DNA of 64,000 nucleotides from the human T2T-CHM13v2.0 reference genome, Homo sapiens. The position numbers were made by a program, and so were the translations under genes. The first letter of the stretch is position 1. The number at the start of each line of letters is the position of its first letter. The stretch lies in NCBI RefSeq assembly GCF_009914755.1, contig NC_060935.1; one strand, given 5' to 3'. The notes under the pieces were generated by a model that had not been told where the DNA came from, did not search any database, and saw only the letters and a program-made list of their open reading frames with translations. Below are positions 41,878 to 55,304 of the stretch, one piece after another.

Positions 41878-44061
41878 TTGGCCTAGTAATACCTTGTACT
41901 CACCAGAGAAATGGTAAAGACGTTTATTGAGTTACTGCATGTTTGCCGATCTTTCCTAACAGAACTGTTCCCCTGAATTGTAAAAATTCCTGCACATTGC
42001 ATATACGGAGAGCATAGGAGACATAATGACCATGGATAGAAAAGAAAGGAAAGTTTTGTGACAGGATAGCTGGAGATCCTTTACCAACACCTGGACTGAC
42101 TGTCGGAGGCTGGGTTCAGTCCAGAAGCCTTTGAATAATGCCAGGGGTTCGTTGTCGCATGCCAAGAAAATTTAGGACACAGACACAGGTGGAATTTAGG
42201 AGCAGAGGTTTAATAGGTAGAAGAGAAGAGAAAGAGGAACAGCTTCCTCCATAGAGGAAGGGTTCTCCAAGCAGAAAAGACCATGCGGAAAGGATGGAGA
42301 AGAAAAAAACACCAGCTGGCAGGGAATGCACCGATTGTTTTAGTCTGGCATGAGGAGGTGGTGTCTGATTTATGTAGGGCTCACAGATTGGTTCAATTAG
42401 GTATGACATTTACATGGCACATGGGGAAGGCTGGTCACCTTACCCTAATCTTATGCAAATGGGCTTTTCAGTTATCAGCCCCATCTGGTCTGCTCCTTAG
42501 GATACACGTGGCTGGCAGAGAAGGGAAGATGGAGCCACCATTATGAAAATGTCTAGTCCTCAGTTTCTGCGGCATTCACCCATGCAAGCTCCCAGCTTGC
42601 AGGCTGCTCTTTGTTAGAAAATGATTTAGGGGTTCCCTTGCTATCTGCCTAAGTAATTCCTTCTTAACTCCTGTATCAGTACCTCAGGGGGTGTAAACTG
42701 TGGCTTTCGAAAATTTGCAGGGATTTGTATCTTCTATTTCTTTTGTGCTTTTAGGTAGGGAAAAAATCATTGGCTAAGTTGATCAAGGGGATCTGAGAAT
42801 TAAGCCAAGAATAAATGTAAAAATGGGATGCTTAATTACTGAAGAACTGAGTACTCCATCTTCTAGCGACACTTACCTATAGTATTAAGTATTAGGCCCG
42901 GGAAGCAGCACACATTGACAAAAGTCGTAAAATCTTACTAAAAATAATGAAAAATTATAATAGAAAGCTCCAAATGAACAACACTCCATTTTGAAAAGTG
43001 CATTTGAAAATTAGAGCTGTCTAATTAGGCTCATCCAGGGATGCCTATTGATGTGCAGATGCTTCTAAAAAGATTTCATTATTTTTATTGTTTTTAAGAA
43101 AACTCTTTATAAAAGACAAAAAGCTTAAGCAACTAATTGATAAGAAAAATTAAGTCTTCTAACCTTTTAGTCTGGTTACTACCCTGCCCTGAAGGTGAAG
43201 AGAAAGCTGGATAAAGTGTTTGTAAAAGGTAGACCCTCAGGTAAAGTAGGCTTCCTGTTTTTTTTTTCAGAGCTATGCATGAGTCTACACATAGCAAATG
43301 CTTTCTTTGCACTATTCCTTAATGGGCTTCACCCTAAATGCAGTAATTTTAGGTAAAAAACAGAAGCTAAGTTAAAATGACCACCTATGGAACAAAATCA
43401 GTCTTCAAAATATACCTTTTGGCATTTAGGTGGATATTTTGAAATGCTTTTGAAAAGAAATTTACATCTATAAAGGAACTGTCCATTTGTGAGGGTGTTT
43501 GCCTCTGTACACCAAAGAGAGGAAGGACTGAGCCACTAGAAATTCTTACCATTGTATTTCATTTACATAACAAGTCTTACTTTTGTTTAAGGTGCTTTTC
43601 CTGGCCATCTTGTCTTAAATGGGCTTTTACCTACATGCTTTTTCTTTGGCTTGAGGAAATGATGGTAGGATATTTAGGTCTGAAGTCTCAGCTCTGTGCT
43701 TTTAAGATACAAATTTTCCACCTTGTTTCACCTAGGAGTCATCGTTTTAGAAGTGCAAATTTAGGACTGCCTAGCTAACAGTTGCGTAGGGCAATGAAAC
43801 AAGCCATTGGAAGACTGATAGTCTGAATGGGGAAAATAAAAACTGTTTGGAAGTTGACAAATGAAACATCTTAATGAAAGCTATAAGATGTGCCTCTGTC
43901 TGTTTATATGATATTTCTATGTGATTTAAGATAACATACAGCAAATAAAGCTAGTTTTAAAATTATTGTTAAAATTCCTATTTAGGAATGTCTTCAGAAT
44001 TGTCAGTATTAAAAATAATTGAGACAATTTTGCTTGGGTTTACTAGTCAGATATGCTTATG

Positions 44062-45270
44062 CTGATCCTCTCCCTTCTCACACCCCAAACCCTCCAACAG
44101 GCCTCAGTGTGTGTTGTTTCCCCCATATATCCATGTGTTCTCATCGTCTAGCTACCTTATAAGAGAGAACATGTGGTATTTGGTTTTCTGTTCCTGCATT
44201 AGTTTGCTAAGGATAATGGCCCCCAGTTCCATCCATGTCCCTGCAAAGGATATGATCTCGTTCCTTTTTATGGCTGCATCCTATTCCGTAGTGTCTATGT
44301 ACCACATTTACTTTATCCAGCCCACTGTTGATGGACATTTAGTTTGATTCCTTGTCTTTGTTATTGTGAATAGTGCTGCAATGAACATATATGTGCATGT
44401 GTCTTTATAATAGAATGATTTATATTCCTTTGGGTATATACCCAGTAATGAGATTGCTGGGTCAAAAGGAATTTCTGCCTCTAGGTCTTTGAGGAATTGC
44501 CACACCATCTTCCAAAATAGTTGAACTAATTTACATTCCCACCAACAGCATAAAAGTGTTCCTTTTCTCCACAACCTCGCCAGCATCTGTTATTTTTTGA
44601 TATTTTATTAATAGCCATTCTGACTGGTGTGAGATAGTATCTCATTGTGGTTTTGATTTGCATTTCTCTAATGATCAGTGATGTTGAGCTTTTTTTCATG
44701 TTTGTTGGCTACATGTATGTTTTCTTTTGAGAAATGTCTGTTCATGTCCTTTGCCCACTTTTTAATGGGGTTGTTTTTTCTTGTAAATTTGTTTAAGTTT
44801 CTTATGGATGCTCAATATTAGACCTTTGTCAGATGGATAGCTTGCAAAAGTTTTCTCCCATTCTGTAAGTTGTTTGTTTACTCTGTCGATTATTTGTTTT
44901 GCTGTGCAGAAGCTCTTTAGTTTAATTAGATCCCATTTGTTAATTTTTGCTTTTGTTGCAATTGCTTTTGGTATTTGTATGAAATAGTTGCCTGTTCCTA
45001 TGTCACGAATGGTATTACCTTGGTTTTCTTCTGGGGTTTTTATAGTTTTGGGTTTCACATTTAAGTCTTTAATTCATCTTGAGTTGACTTTTGTATATGG
45101 TAATAACAAAGGGGTCCAGTTTCAATTTTCTGCATATGGCTAGCTAGTTGTCCCAGCACCATTTATTAAATAGGGAATCATTTCCCCATTGCTTGTTTTT
45201 GTCAGGTTTGTCAAAGATCTGATGGTTGTAGCTTTACAGTCTTATTTCTGGAATTTCTATTCTGTTCCAT
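44062..45270 (-). mobile_element. Older L1PA (approx. L1PA7-8) ORF2 end and 3'UTR fragment, no tail
   Basis: Antisense L1 sequence with frameshifted ORF2 peptides. Confidence 0.9.
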
Positions 45271-48200
45271 AGTCCTTTACAGACAATTAAATGCTGAGGG
45301 ATTTTGTCACCACCTGGCCTGAAGGAAGGCTTCTGAAGGAAGCACTAAATACGGAAAGGAAAAACCAGTATCAGCCATTGCAAAAATATACCAAAATGTA
45401 AAGACCAATGACACTATGAAGAAACTGCATCAACTAATGTGCAAAATGAGCAGCTAGCATCATGACGACAGGACCGAATTCACACATAACAATATTAACC
45501 TTAAATGTAAGGGGCTAAATGCCCCAATTAAAAGACAGAGACTGGCAAATTGGATAAACCCATCAGTGTGCTGTATTCAGGAGACCCATCTCATGTGCAA
45601 AGACACACATAGGTTCAAAATAAAGGGATGGAGGAATATTTACCAAGCAAAGGGAAAGCAAAAAAAAAAAAAGAAAAAAAAAAGCAGGGGTTGCAATCTT
45701 AGTCTCTGATAAAACAGACTTTAAACCAACAAAGATCAAAAGAGACAAAGAAGGCCATTACATAATGGTAAAGTGATCAATGCAACAAGAAGAGCTAACT
45801 ATCCTAAATATATATATGCACCCAATACAGGAGCACCCAGATTCATAAAGCAAGTTCTTAGAGACCTACAAAGAGACTTAGACTCCCACACAATAATAGT
45901 GGGAGACTTTAACACCCCACTGTCAATATTAGACAAATCAATGAGACAGAAAATTAACAAGGATATTCAGGACTTTAACTCAGCTCTGGACCAAGCGGAC
46001 CTAATAGACATCTACAGAACTCTCCACCCCAAATCAACAGAATATACATTCTTCTTAGCACCACATAGCATTTATTCTAAAATCGACCACATAAGTGGAA
46101 GTAAAACACTCCTCAGCAAATGCAAAAGAATGGCTGGCTCAACATACACAAATCAATAAGTGTAATCCAGCACACAAACAGAACCAGTGACAAAAACAAC
46201 ATGATTATCTCAATAGATGCAGAAAAGGCCTTCTGTAAAATTCAACACCCCTTCATGCTAAAAACTCTCAATAAACTAGGTATTGATGGGTGGGACATAT
46301 CTCAAAATAATAAGAGCTATTTATGACAAACCCATAGCCAATATCATATGGAATGGGCAAAAGTTAGAAGCATTCCCTTTGAAAACTGGCACAAGACAAG
46401 GATACCCTCTCTCACCACTCATATTCAACATAGTATTGGAAGTTCTGGCTGGGGCAATCAGGCAAGAAAAAGAAATAAAAGGTATTCAAATAGGAAGAGA
46501 AGAAGTTGAATTGTCTCTGTTTGCAGATGACATGATTGTATATTTAGAAAACCACTTTGCCCATGCCTCCAGCTACAAAACTTTCCATTGCTGTTTTTGT
46601 TTTTGTTTTTGTTTTTTTGGTCCAAAATAAAACCTCAGCTAGCTCTGCCAAAAAAAAAAAAAAAGAAAAAAGAAAAAAAAAAACCCATTGTCTCAGCCCC
46701 AAAACTCCTTAAGCTGATAAGCAACTTCAACAAAGTCTCAGAATACAAAATCAATGTGCAAAAATCACTAGCATTCCTATACACCAATAATAGACAAACA
46801 GAGAGCCAAATCATGAGTGAACTCCCATTCACAATTGCTACAAGGAGAATAAAATACCTAGGAATACAACTTACAAGGAACCTGAAGGACCTCTTCAAGG
46901 AGAGCTACAAACCACTGCTCAAGGAAATGAGAGAGGACACAAACAAATGGAAAAAAATTCCATGCTCATGGATAGGAAGAATCAATATTGTGAAAATGGC
47001 CACACTGCCCGAAGTAATTTATAGATTCAATGCTATTCCCATCAAGCTAACTTTGACTTTCTTCACAGAACTAGAAAAACTACTTTAAATTTCATATGGA
47101 GCCAAAAAAGAGCCTGTATAGCCAAGGCAATCCTAAGCAAAAAGAATAAAGCTGGAGGCTTCATGCTACCTGACTTCAAACTATACTACAAAGCTATAGT
47201 AACCAAAAGAGCATGGTACTGGTACCAAAACAGGTATATAGACCAAAGGAACAGAACGGAGGCCATAGAAATAACACTACACATCTACAACCATCTGATC
47301 TTTGACAAACCTGACAAAAACAAGCAATGGGGAAATGATTCCCTATTTAATAAATGGTACTGGGAAAACTGGCTAGCCATATGCAGAAAACTGAAACTGG
47401 ACCCCTTCTTTACACCTTATACAAAAATTAACTCAAGATGGATTAAAGACTTAAATGTAAAACCCCAAACCATAAAAACCCTAGAAGAAAACCTAGGCAA
47501 TACCATTCCAGACATAGGCATGGGCGAAGACTTCATGACTAAAACACAAAAGGCAATTGCAACAAAAGCCAAAATTGACAAATGGGATCTAATTAAACTA
47601 AAGAGCTTCTGCACAGCAAAAGAAACTATCATTACAGTGAACAGGCAACCTACAGAATAAGAGAAAATTTTTACAATCTATCCATTTGACAAAGTCTAAT
47701 ATCCAGAATCTACAAGGAACTTAAACAAATTTACAAGAAAAAACAACCCCATCAAAAAGTGGACAAAAGATATGAATGGACACTTTTCAAAAGAAGGCAT
47801 TTATGTGGCCAATAAACATATGAAAAAAAGCTCATCATCTCTGGTCATTAGAGAAATGCAAATCAAGACCACAATGAGATACCATCTCACACCAGTTAGA
47901 ATGGTGATCATTAAAAAGTCAGGAAACAACAGATGCTGGAGAGGATGTGGAACACTTTTACACTGTTGATGGGAGTGTAAATTAGTTTAACCATTGTAGA
48001 AGACAGTGTGGCCATTCCTTAAGGATCTAGAACCAGAAATACCATTTGACCCAGCAATCTCATTACTGGGTATATACCCAAAGGATTATAAATCATTCTA
48101 CTATAAAGACACATGCACATGTATGTTTATTGCAGTGCTGTTCACAATAGCAAACACTTGGAACCAACCCAAGTGCCCATCAATGATAGACTGGATAAAG

Positions 48201-48597
48201 AAAATATGGCACATGTACACCATGGAATACTATGCAGCAATAAAAAAGAATGAGTTCATGTCCTTTGCAGGCACATGGATGAAGCTGGAAACCATCATTC
48301 TCAGCAAACTAACATAGGAACAGAAAACCAAACACTGCATATTCTCACTCATAAGTGGCAGTTGATCAATGGGAACACATGGACACAAGGAGGGGAACAT
48401 CATTCACCCGGGCATGTCAGTGGGCGAGGGGCAAGGGGAGGGAAAACATTAGGACAAATACCTAATTCATGTGGGACTTAAAATCTGGATAATGGTTGAT
48501 AGATGCAGCAAGCCACCATGGCACATGTATACCTATGTAACAAACCTGCATGTTCTGCACATGTATCCCAAAACTTAAGATTTAATAAAAAAAAAAA
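45271..48597 (+). mobile_element. Older L1PA from ORF1 end to poly(A), with a large ORF2 deletion at ~46130 and a retrocopy insert
   Basis: EN (GDFNTPL, SKIDH) and RT (DAEKAF, FADDM) fragments, 3'UTR and A tail. Confidence 0.92.
46552..46683 (+). pseudogene. Severely 5'-truncated processed copy of the KRT8 mRNA 3' end
   Basis: ttgcccatgcctccagctacaaaac...ttttggtccaaAATAAAacctcagctagctctgcc + poly(A), recalled as the KRT8 3'UTR; AAAACC duplicated on both sides. Confidence 0.8.
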
Positions 48598-48598
48598 C

Positions 48599-49900
48599 TA
48601 CTAAACTATTTTCCAGAGTAGTTGTGCCATTTTACATTCTCGCCTGCAATGCATTAGAGGTTGTTTCTCTGCATCTTCACTAGCATTTGGAGATATGCCA
48701 TGCTCACTTATTTATAAAATAAAAGATCTATTTCTAGATAATTCATTATAAATTTATAATGAAATTTATAAACTGCAGGTGAAAAAAAAAACTATCTGGC
48801 ATGCATCTAGACAGATATACCTACAGAGGAAAGCTAAATCATACTGGCTGGCATGTAAGCTCCACAAAAGCAGGAGAGTTTGTCTGTTCTGTTCATTAAA
48901 GTGTTTCCATCACTTAGAAGAGTACCTGTCATATATTAGGCACTCAATAAATATTCATGAATGAATTAACTGCATTAAGAAGTCAATCTTTACTTGAGGT
49001 CATGAAAATATTCTTTTATATTACTTCAGGAAGGCTAATTGCTTTGCCTTTTGTACTTATATATGCAAACCACAAAGATTTAATTCTTATAAGTAGTGTG
49101 AATTTAGGGTTCAAATTTTATTTTCTTCTATATGGATATTCAGTTATTGTAGTATCATTTAATAAAAAAATTCTCCTTTTCTGATTGCCTCACAGAATTA
49201 CCTTTGTCATTTAACAACTGGCTGTGTATGAGTGGGCATAGTTCTGAAATTTTATTTCCATTCATTGGCTCAACTGTCTATCCCTGAACAAATACCACAT
49301 ATGCATAATTACTATAGTTTTTAAATTTTTGATATTTAGTATATAAAATCTCACTTTGTCCTATTCTTCTAGAGTTTTGTGGCTAATTTTGGCAATTTAC
49401 ATTTTTATGTATATTTTAATCAAGCTTACCAAATTTTACACAATCACCAATTAGGATATTATTGGGAATGTATTGATTCTATGGAAAAATTTGGGGGCTA
49501 AGTAGATTCTTCACATTATTGAGTTTTCCAGTTAAAAAGAATAGTGTTTTCTTCCATTTATTTAGGTCTTCTTCAGTTTCTTTTAAGGATGCTTTGTGGT
49601 TTTCTGTGCAGAAATTCCTCTACATTCTTTGTTAGATTTACTCTTAGACATCTGATTTTTCTGTTATTGTAAATGCTTAAAAATTTTATAAAGAAATACA
49701 GTGGAATTTTGTAAGTTGACCTTGTATTCAGCAATCTTTACATACTCATTTCTAATAACTTATCAATACAGTCTTTTGGATTTTCTACATATACAATCAC
49801 TAATCTACAAATAATGACTAATTTCATTTTCTAACTCTCATATCATGTTTCTTTTTCTTGCTTTATAACAGGTTATTAACACAAGGAATCATTTTTATCT
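48599..49900 (-). mobile_element. Ancient L1M fragments
   Basis: Degraded T-rich antisense ORF2-like sequence; boundaries approximate. Confidence 0.55.
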
Positions 49901-50589
49901 TTAGGTACCATTACACTCTTTCTTTTCATGGGAGGTTGTAGGGATTTGTGTGTGACACACATATCATTATCTCGTAACAAAAAACAATGGCATTGGTCAT
50001 CTAAAAATGAAATTTGGATACTAAAGAAACAAGAAAACATCTTACAGGAAAGACCTTCTTATAGAAATAGCACCTAAAACAGAATCTAAATAAATGTTAG
50101 TTTTTAGAGGAGGGAAACAAAGAGGTTGACCATTCCAGATAAAACAAGCATTTGAGCAAATGCTTAGAAGAAGGTGTACAGATAGAGAACTTTATTTAAG
50201 GAACTAGAAAGATGCCAATGCAGGGCCGTATTGAGGGAGAGTTGAGGTGTCATGAGATGGGGCTGTCGAATTAGGCAAGTTCATATCTTTTAGGACCTCC
50301 TAAGCCATGAGTATATGTTTGGCCAAAGCTCTCCATTATCCATTGGACCTTTAGCATTCCATTTACATTGAGTGATTTTTCCTCCCTTCTTTCCTTCAAA
50401 AAATATTGAAATATAAGTAGAGGGAAAATTATTATTTTTAAAGTCATACTGTGGGTCACCTTAATAAGATCTATTCTTAATACTGTAAAAAGAGAAAAAA
50501 AAATGAATGCTTGAAAAGTGCCTGTGGAAATTACGCCAACTAGGTACATAATGTTATTAATATTAATAATAATTTAAGCGGCCTACCCA

Positions 50590-50632
50590 TTATGGGCCCG
50601 GAGCGAGGAGAGTAGCACTCTTGTGCGGGATA
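50590..50632 (-). other. 43-bp NUMT from the mitochondrial control region (approx. rCRS 16422-16464)
   Basis: Reverse complement TATCCCGCACAAGAGTGCTACTCTCCTCGCTCCGGGCCCATAA matches the human D-loop as recalled. Confidence 0.9.
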
Positions 50633-52559
50633 ACATGCCTCAGTTGAAGTCATAGAGTTGTGAGGTATGAGTGCAGATCAACAAGACCAATAATTTCTGC
50701 CTTAAGAGTGGATAGAAGAGGACTCTGTTCACGTTTCCTTTTATACATACACATTAGTGTCCACCCTCCCTACAAAGATACGAAGTTATGTTCATAAGTA
50801 TGAAAAATAATATCACAACGTTAAATGCTATCAGTAAAACAAAGAGAAAAAGGGTAAAGAGGTCCCGCCAAGATTAGGGGTCAAGAAAAGTCTTTCTAAG
50901 CAAGGGTGTTTAAACAGAAAAGGCTAAGAATTAAAACTGGGAATAGGATGAGTGTTTTTACCAGGGGAAAAATATATGTGAAGGCTGAAGGGTGAGAGAG
51001 AGCATGGCACATTGAAGATGTGGAAATATTTCGGGTCCAATAGGACTTATGTATGCAAAAAGGGAGGTAAAATGGTTGGAGATGGAGATGGAGAGTTGCA
51101 CTGAGATGGCTTATGGAGTTCCTATGAGTTGGGTTCAGGAGTGTGTTCATTCTACAGGCAATGGGGAATTCAACTGTTCATTCTAAAGGCAATGGAGAAT
51201 TGCCATGAACTGATATGTGTTTGGAAGATCACACTGGCCACAGCATAGACAACAGATTGGTAGGGAAGTTCTTCTGTGAGTCTGACCAGTGAACAAGTTA
51301 TTCTGATGATCTAGGCAAAAGACTGTCTTGGCTTGGAATGAAGAAAAGGCAAAAAAGATGGAGAAAGATAATCAGACTCACAAAATAGATATCTAGTAGA
51401 TAAAATGAACAGAACTTGGTGACTGATTGGATGTGGTTGGAGAGGAAGGTGAGAGAGAGATGGGGAGGAGGCAGGGATGATGATTTCTAAATTTTTGACA
51501 TGGCCAACAGAGTGATTTATATGACAGGGAACATAAAACAGACAGGGAGCGGGGTCCGGATTGAAGACCAGAGATGATGAGCTTAGTTGATAATGAAATC
51601 AATGAGCTTAGAAATGATGAGTTAGGTGTTGAGTTTGAGGTACCTGAAGGACACCTATGTCCAATAGACTTTACCATATTTGGAGTTTAGGAGATTGGTC
51701 TGGCCTGCTTGGGTGATGAAAGCTACTGGACAAAGTAAGATTACTCATAGTTACTATATAGAGGGGGAAGACAGATTATCTTCCTGGGCCATAGCTACCA
51801 GTAATGTGAGGAGTAAAGGACAAGGAGTCTCTCTGCCAACTCCATCCTGTTGACATTTAGTCTCTTCTAGTTCCAAAATACACATTTTAAAATCTCTGTG
51901 GAGCTATAAATCCTCCCAATATTGTCCATTTCACTCCTCTGTTCACGTACAAATATCTTAAAAGGGTTGTCTACATCGACTCTCTTCATCTCTTCCTAAC
52001 ACACTCCTCACACTGCTTCACTCAAGATTCCATCCCCCACCCTGTTATCCAGGTAGCCAGTGACCTTTGATTTCAGTCTTTTCACTGCTTGATCTCTCGG
52101 CAGCTTTCTGAACTGCTGACCAATCTTCCTTGTCAATATATTTTTTCCTGTCTCTTTTGTGGCACTGTCTACTGGATTTCCTACGTCCTTGGCTCTTCCA
52201 TTTGTTTTGACTAGTAATAATGAACACAAACATTCACTGGAGACTTGCTAGTACCTCATTTCGTTTTTCACATTAAATGCTTTCACATTAAATGCTTATA
52301 GTAGTCATACTATTAATAAATGGGCGGACCCAAGTCTGTTTCCTTCTAGAGCCCCGTGTTCAAACAAACATGCCACACGGTCTCATTTCTGGAGGGACAG
52401 GACATCTATGATTAGCGACCCAAGGAAGAAAGGGTGGGCTTGAGAGGGTGAGAGGGAGAGCTAAGGGGCAGCGCAGAGTAGTGGAAAGAGCTCAGATGCT
52501 AGAGTCAGTTGGGTCCTTGGTTCTTAAAGGCATCATCCTCAGAGCCATTGCTCAGGGAC

Positions 52560-53015
52560 GGCCACGAGGCTGAAGATCCCCTGTGCGACCACAAGGTGGC
52601 AGCATGAAGAAGCGAGAGTCCCTGACACAGCTTCGATCCCCTTGGGTAGTTAGTGTGTTCGGAGCGCTGGTATCCCTGCGTGCTTTCTGCTGAGTGCCCA
52701 CCCCTCCATTCCAGCAGGTCCTCTCTTCCAGCCCCGTTATTCCTCTTCTCCTTTCCACCCCGCGACACAGCCTCCCTCTAGTCTCTTGAGCTGGGCTCAG
52801 AGGGATAGTGATAGAGCTCAGTCCCTTTGGGTAGGAGTCAGGGCTCAGCTTTCCTTGGGCGTCTGAGCAGAGCGTCAGTGCCAGGGAGACCCGACTCGTT
52901 CACTCTCCATCACTCTACACACTCCTGAGGGGCCCCAGAGAAGCTATAATTGGGCGGCCTCCATGCGCTGGGGAAGCACTGGTGGTGAGTGTAGCAGGCT
53001 CAGCCCAGGGAGGTT
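52560..53015 (+). promoter_or_regulatory. OR51D1: Candidate OR51D1 promoter and non-coding exon 1 (donor GTG|GTGAGT at 52984/52985)
   Basis: Local CpG enrichment, several O/E (EBF)-like sites, TAATTG, CTCF-like motif; strong acceptor ending 55290 just before the ATG. Confidence 0.5.
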
Positions 53016-54296
53016 AGGCAACGGGAGGGTCCGCAGAGACAGGCACAGAAGGCTCATTGCATAAGGAAGCCGGGACTTGATCAGTCAGCTTGGCTGCTTG
53101 GAGAGGTCTTCTAGTGTACACCTTTTCCAGATCACAGTAGCCCGGTTCCTGGACCTTGTTCCTACACAGAGGAATTTCTTCAAGCCTGTGAGACCCGTTC
53201 CAAGCTTTCCCTATCCTTTGTCCCAGGACAGGACTCCTCAGTTCCTGCCTCCTACTCTTCACTTAAGCAAGGCAAGGGGAATTACTTTACCAGGAAAAAA
53301 ATGTGTGTGAGTGTGTACGTGTGTGTGTATGTGCACGTGTGTGTTGTGGTGGTGGTGGTGGTGATTGGTGATGAAGAAGGAAACTGAAGCTGGGCTGGAA
53401 AGTTGAGTTAGAGGAACACTGTGAAGGGCCTTGTCTGCATACTGTGGAGTTACTAGTTCTCACTTTATCTGGAACGCTATGGGAATCACTCCTAACTTGC
53501 TCAGCAGGAGCCCCAGGTGTCCAGTTTTGCTGTTTAGATGGCAGTGGTGTGGAAGGTGGTTTGGAATAGACTAGGTTTGGAGGCAGGGAGGTAAGTTGGA
53601 AGGCTCTTTTTATAATCAGGGCAGAGTGGATAATATAATTAAGTTGGGAGGAGGTGTATTAAGAGGAACGGCCCCAATAATTAATTGGAAAAGTTGAATT
53701 GCATGTTGGGGTGAAAGAGGAGAGGGGTCAAGATGAGACCAGCTGCCCTGACTTGGGTGATGTGGGTTCTGAGCAGTGGCATTCTCTGAGATCAGGAACA
53801 GGTTTGGAAGGGGTCCCTGTTAGAGGCAAGATGAGTGGGAGGCCCATAGGCTATCCAGGTAGAACTATCAAGGAGGCGGTAGGTTATATGGCTGAATCTC
53901 AGGACACAGGCTTAGAACAGTGTGGTCTGTAGAGAGAAAGAAGTTGAGCCTGGGACGTTGTGTGATCACCAGGGAGAGTAGGTGGAGGGAGAGGTGTGTG
54001 TGCCTGTGAACACTGTGGAGTAACAGCAGCAGCACTGGCTGATTTTCTGTTCATGTCTCAGCTGCATCTGATTTCCATGACATGCTCCTCTTGCTGAGCG
54101 CAACCTGGGACTGACTCTCACCTGGGGCTTGAGAGATCTTGATGGCAGATGCTGCTTATTGTTCGTTTGGGAGCTGGAAATGGAAATGATAGTCCCTCTT
54201 CATTCACCTCCCTGCCCCCAAGAACACCAGAACAACTTTCCCCAAAGTTCTCTGATTTAAAGCACAAATTTCCTAGGGGAAAGGGGCTTATCGTTT

Positions 54297-54603
54297 TTTG
54301 TTTGTTTGTTTTGTTTTGTTTTTGAGTTGGTGTCTCGCTGTGTCACCCAGGCTGGAATGCAGTGGGGGTGATCTCGTCTCACTGCAGCCTCTGCCGCCCA
54401 GGTTCAAATGATTCTCCTGCCTCAGCCTCCTGAGTAGCTGGGATTACAGGTGCGCTCCACCACGCCTGGCTAACTTTTGCATTTTTAATAGAGGCAGGGT
54501 TTCACCATGTTGGCCTGGCTGGTCTCGAACCCCTGACCTTGCGATCTGCCCACCTCGGCCTCCCAAAGTGCTGGGATTACAGGCGTGAGCCACTGTACCT
54601 GGC
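54297..54603 (-). mobile_element. AluS, antisense, upstream of the OR51D1 coding exon
   Basis: Full dimer; TSD GGGGCTTAT(C/T)GTTTTTT at 54283 and 54604. Confidence 0.92.
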
Positions 54604-55304
54604 GGGGCTTATTGTTTTTTAAAAAGATTTCCAAAACCTTGCCCTGGCAATTCTGATTTTCTGGGCCTGGAGCAGGACCTGGAGGGATGGTGTTGTCAAT
54701 TACTTTAGATGTTTCTATCAGGAAAGTTTGAGAAATGGTATTCAGGCCTAAACACAAACCTCTCTTGAAATCTCATCCCAGACTGAGCCCCTGCTCCCTA
54801 TCTTAAATTAGATTATAGTAGGTCTTAAAGTCAGCTGTAGACTGAGCCTCTAAATCTGAACCCAGACCCACCCTAACCCCAGGATACATCAGAAGAGCTG
54901 GTCAATGTGGACCATTCTGAGCAATCCTGCAAGTCTACTCTGATGGGAAAAGGCTAAGAGCAGTGCCCTGGGCAGCAACATCAGCTCTGAAGATGCAGGA
55001 CTGTGTTACATGTTTTATGAGTGGGTCTTCACACACTGAGATTCATGGGACAGTAATAGAATCTGCTTGTGCAGCACTGGGGCCTTGGAGGGTCAGGGTA
55101 AGGCTCAAGATGTCCAGGAAGTTGTATATAAGGAGAATCAGAGCAGAGAGAGACTAGGGTTCAGAATTACCAGGATGACTTAGTCCTGTTTGTTACTGTC
55201 ACCACTCCAATGCCTTTTCCTCATTAGTCCTTTCTCTCCTCTGAGCCACAACTAAATGATGTTTCTACTTTTCCCTTTCTACTTTCCTAGACCCTGGATT
55301 TTGT

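Noticed and set aside
48742-48763. 22-bp perfect palindrome TTCATTATAAATTTATAATGAA
   Set aside because: AT-rich, within decayed repeats, no functional context
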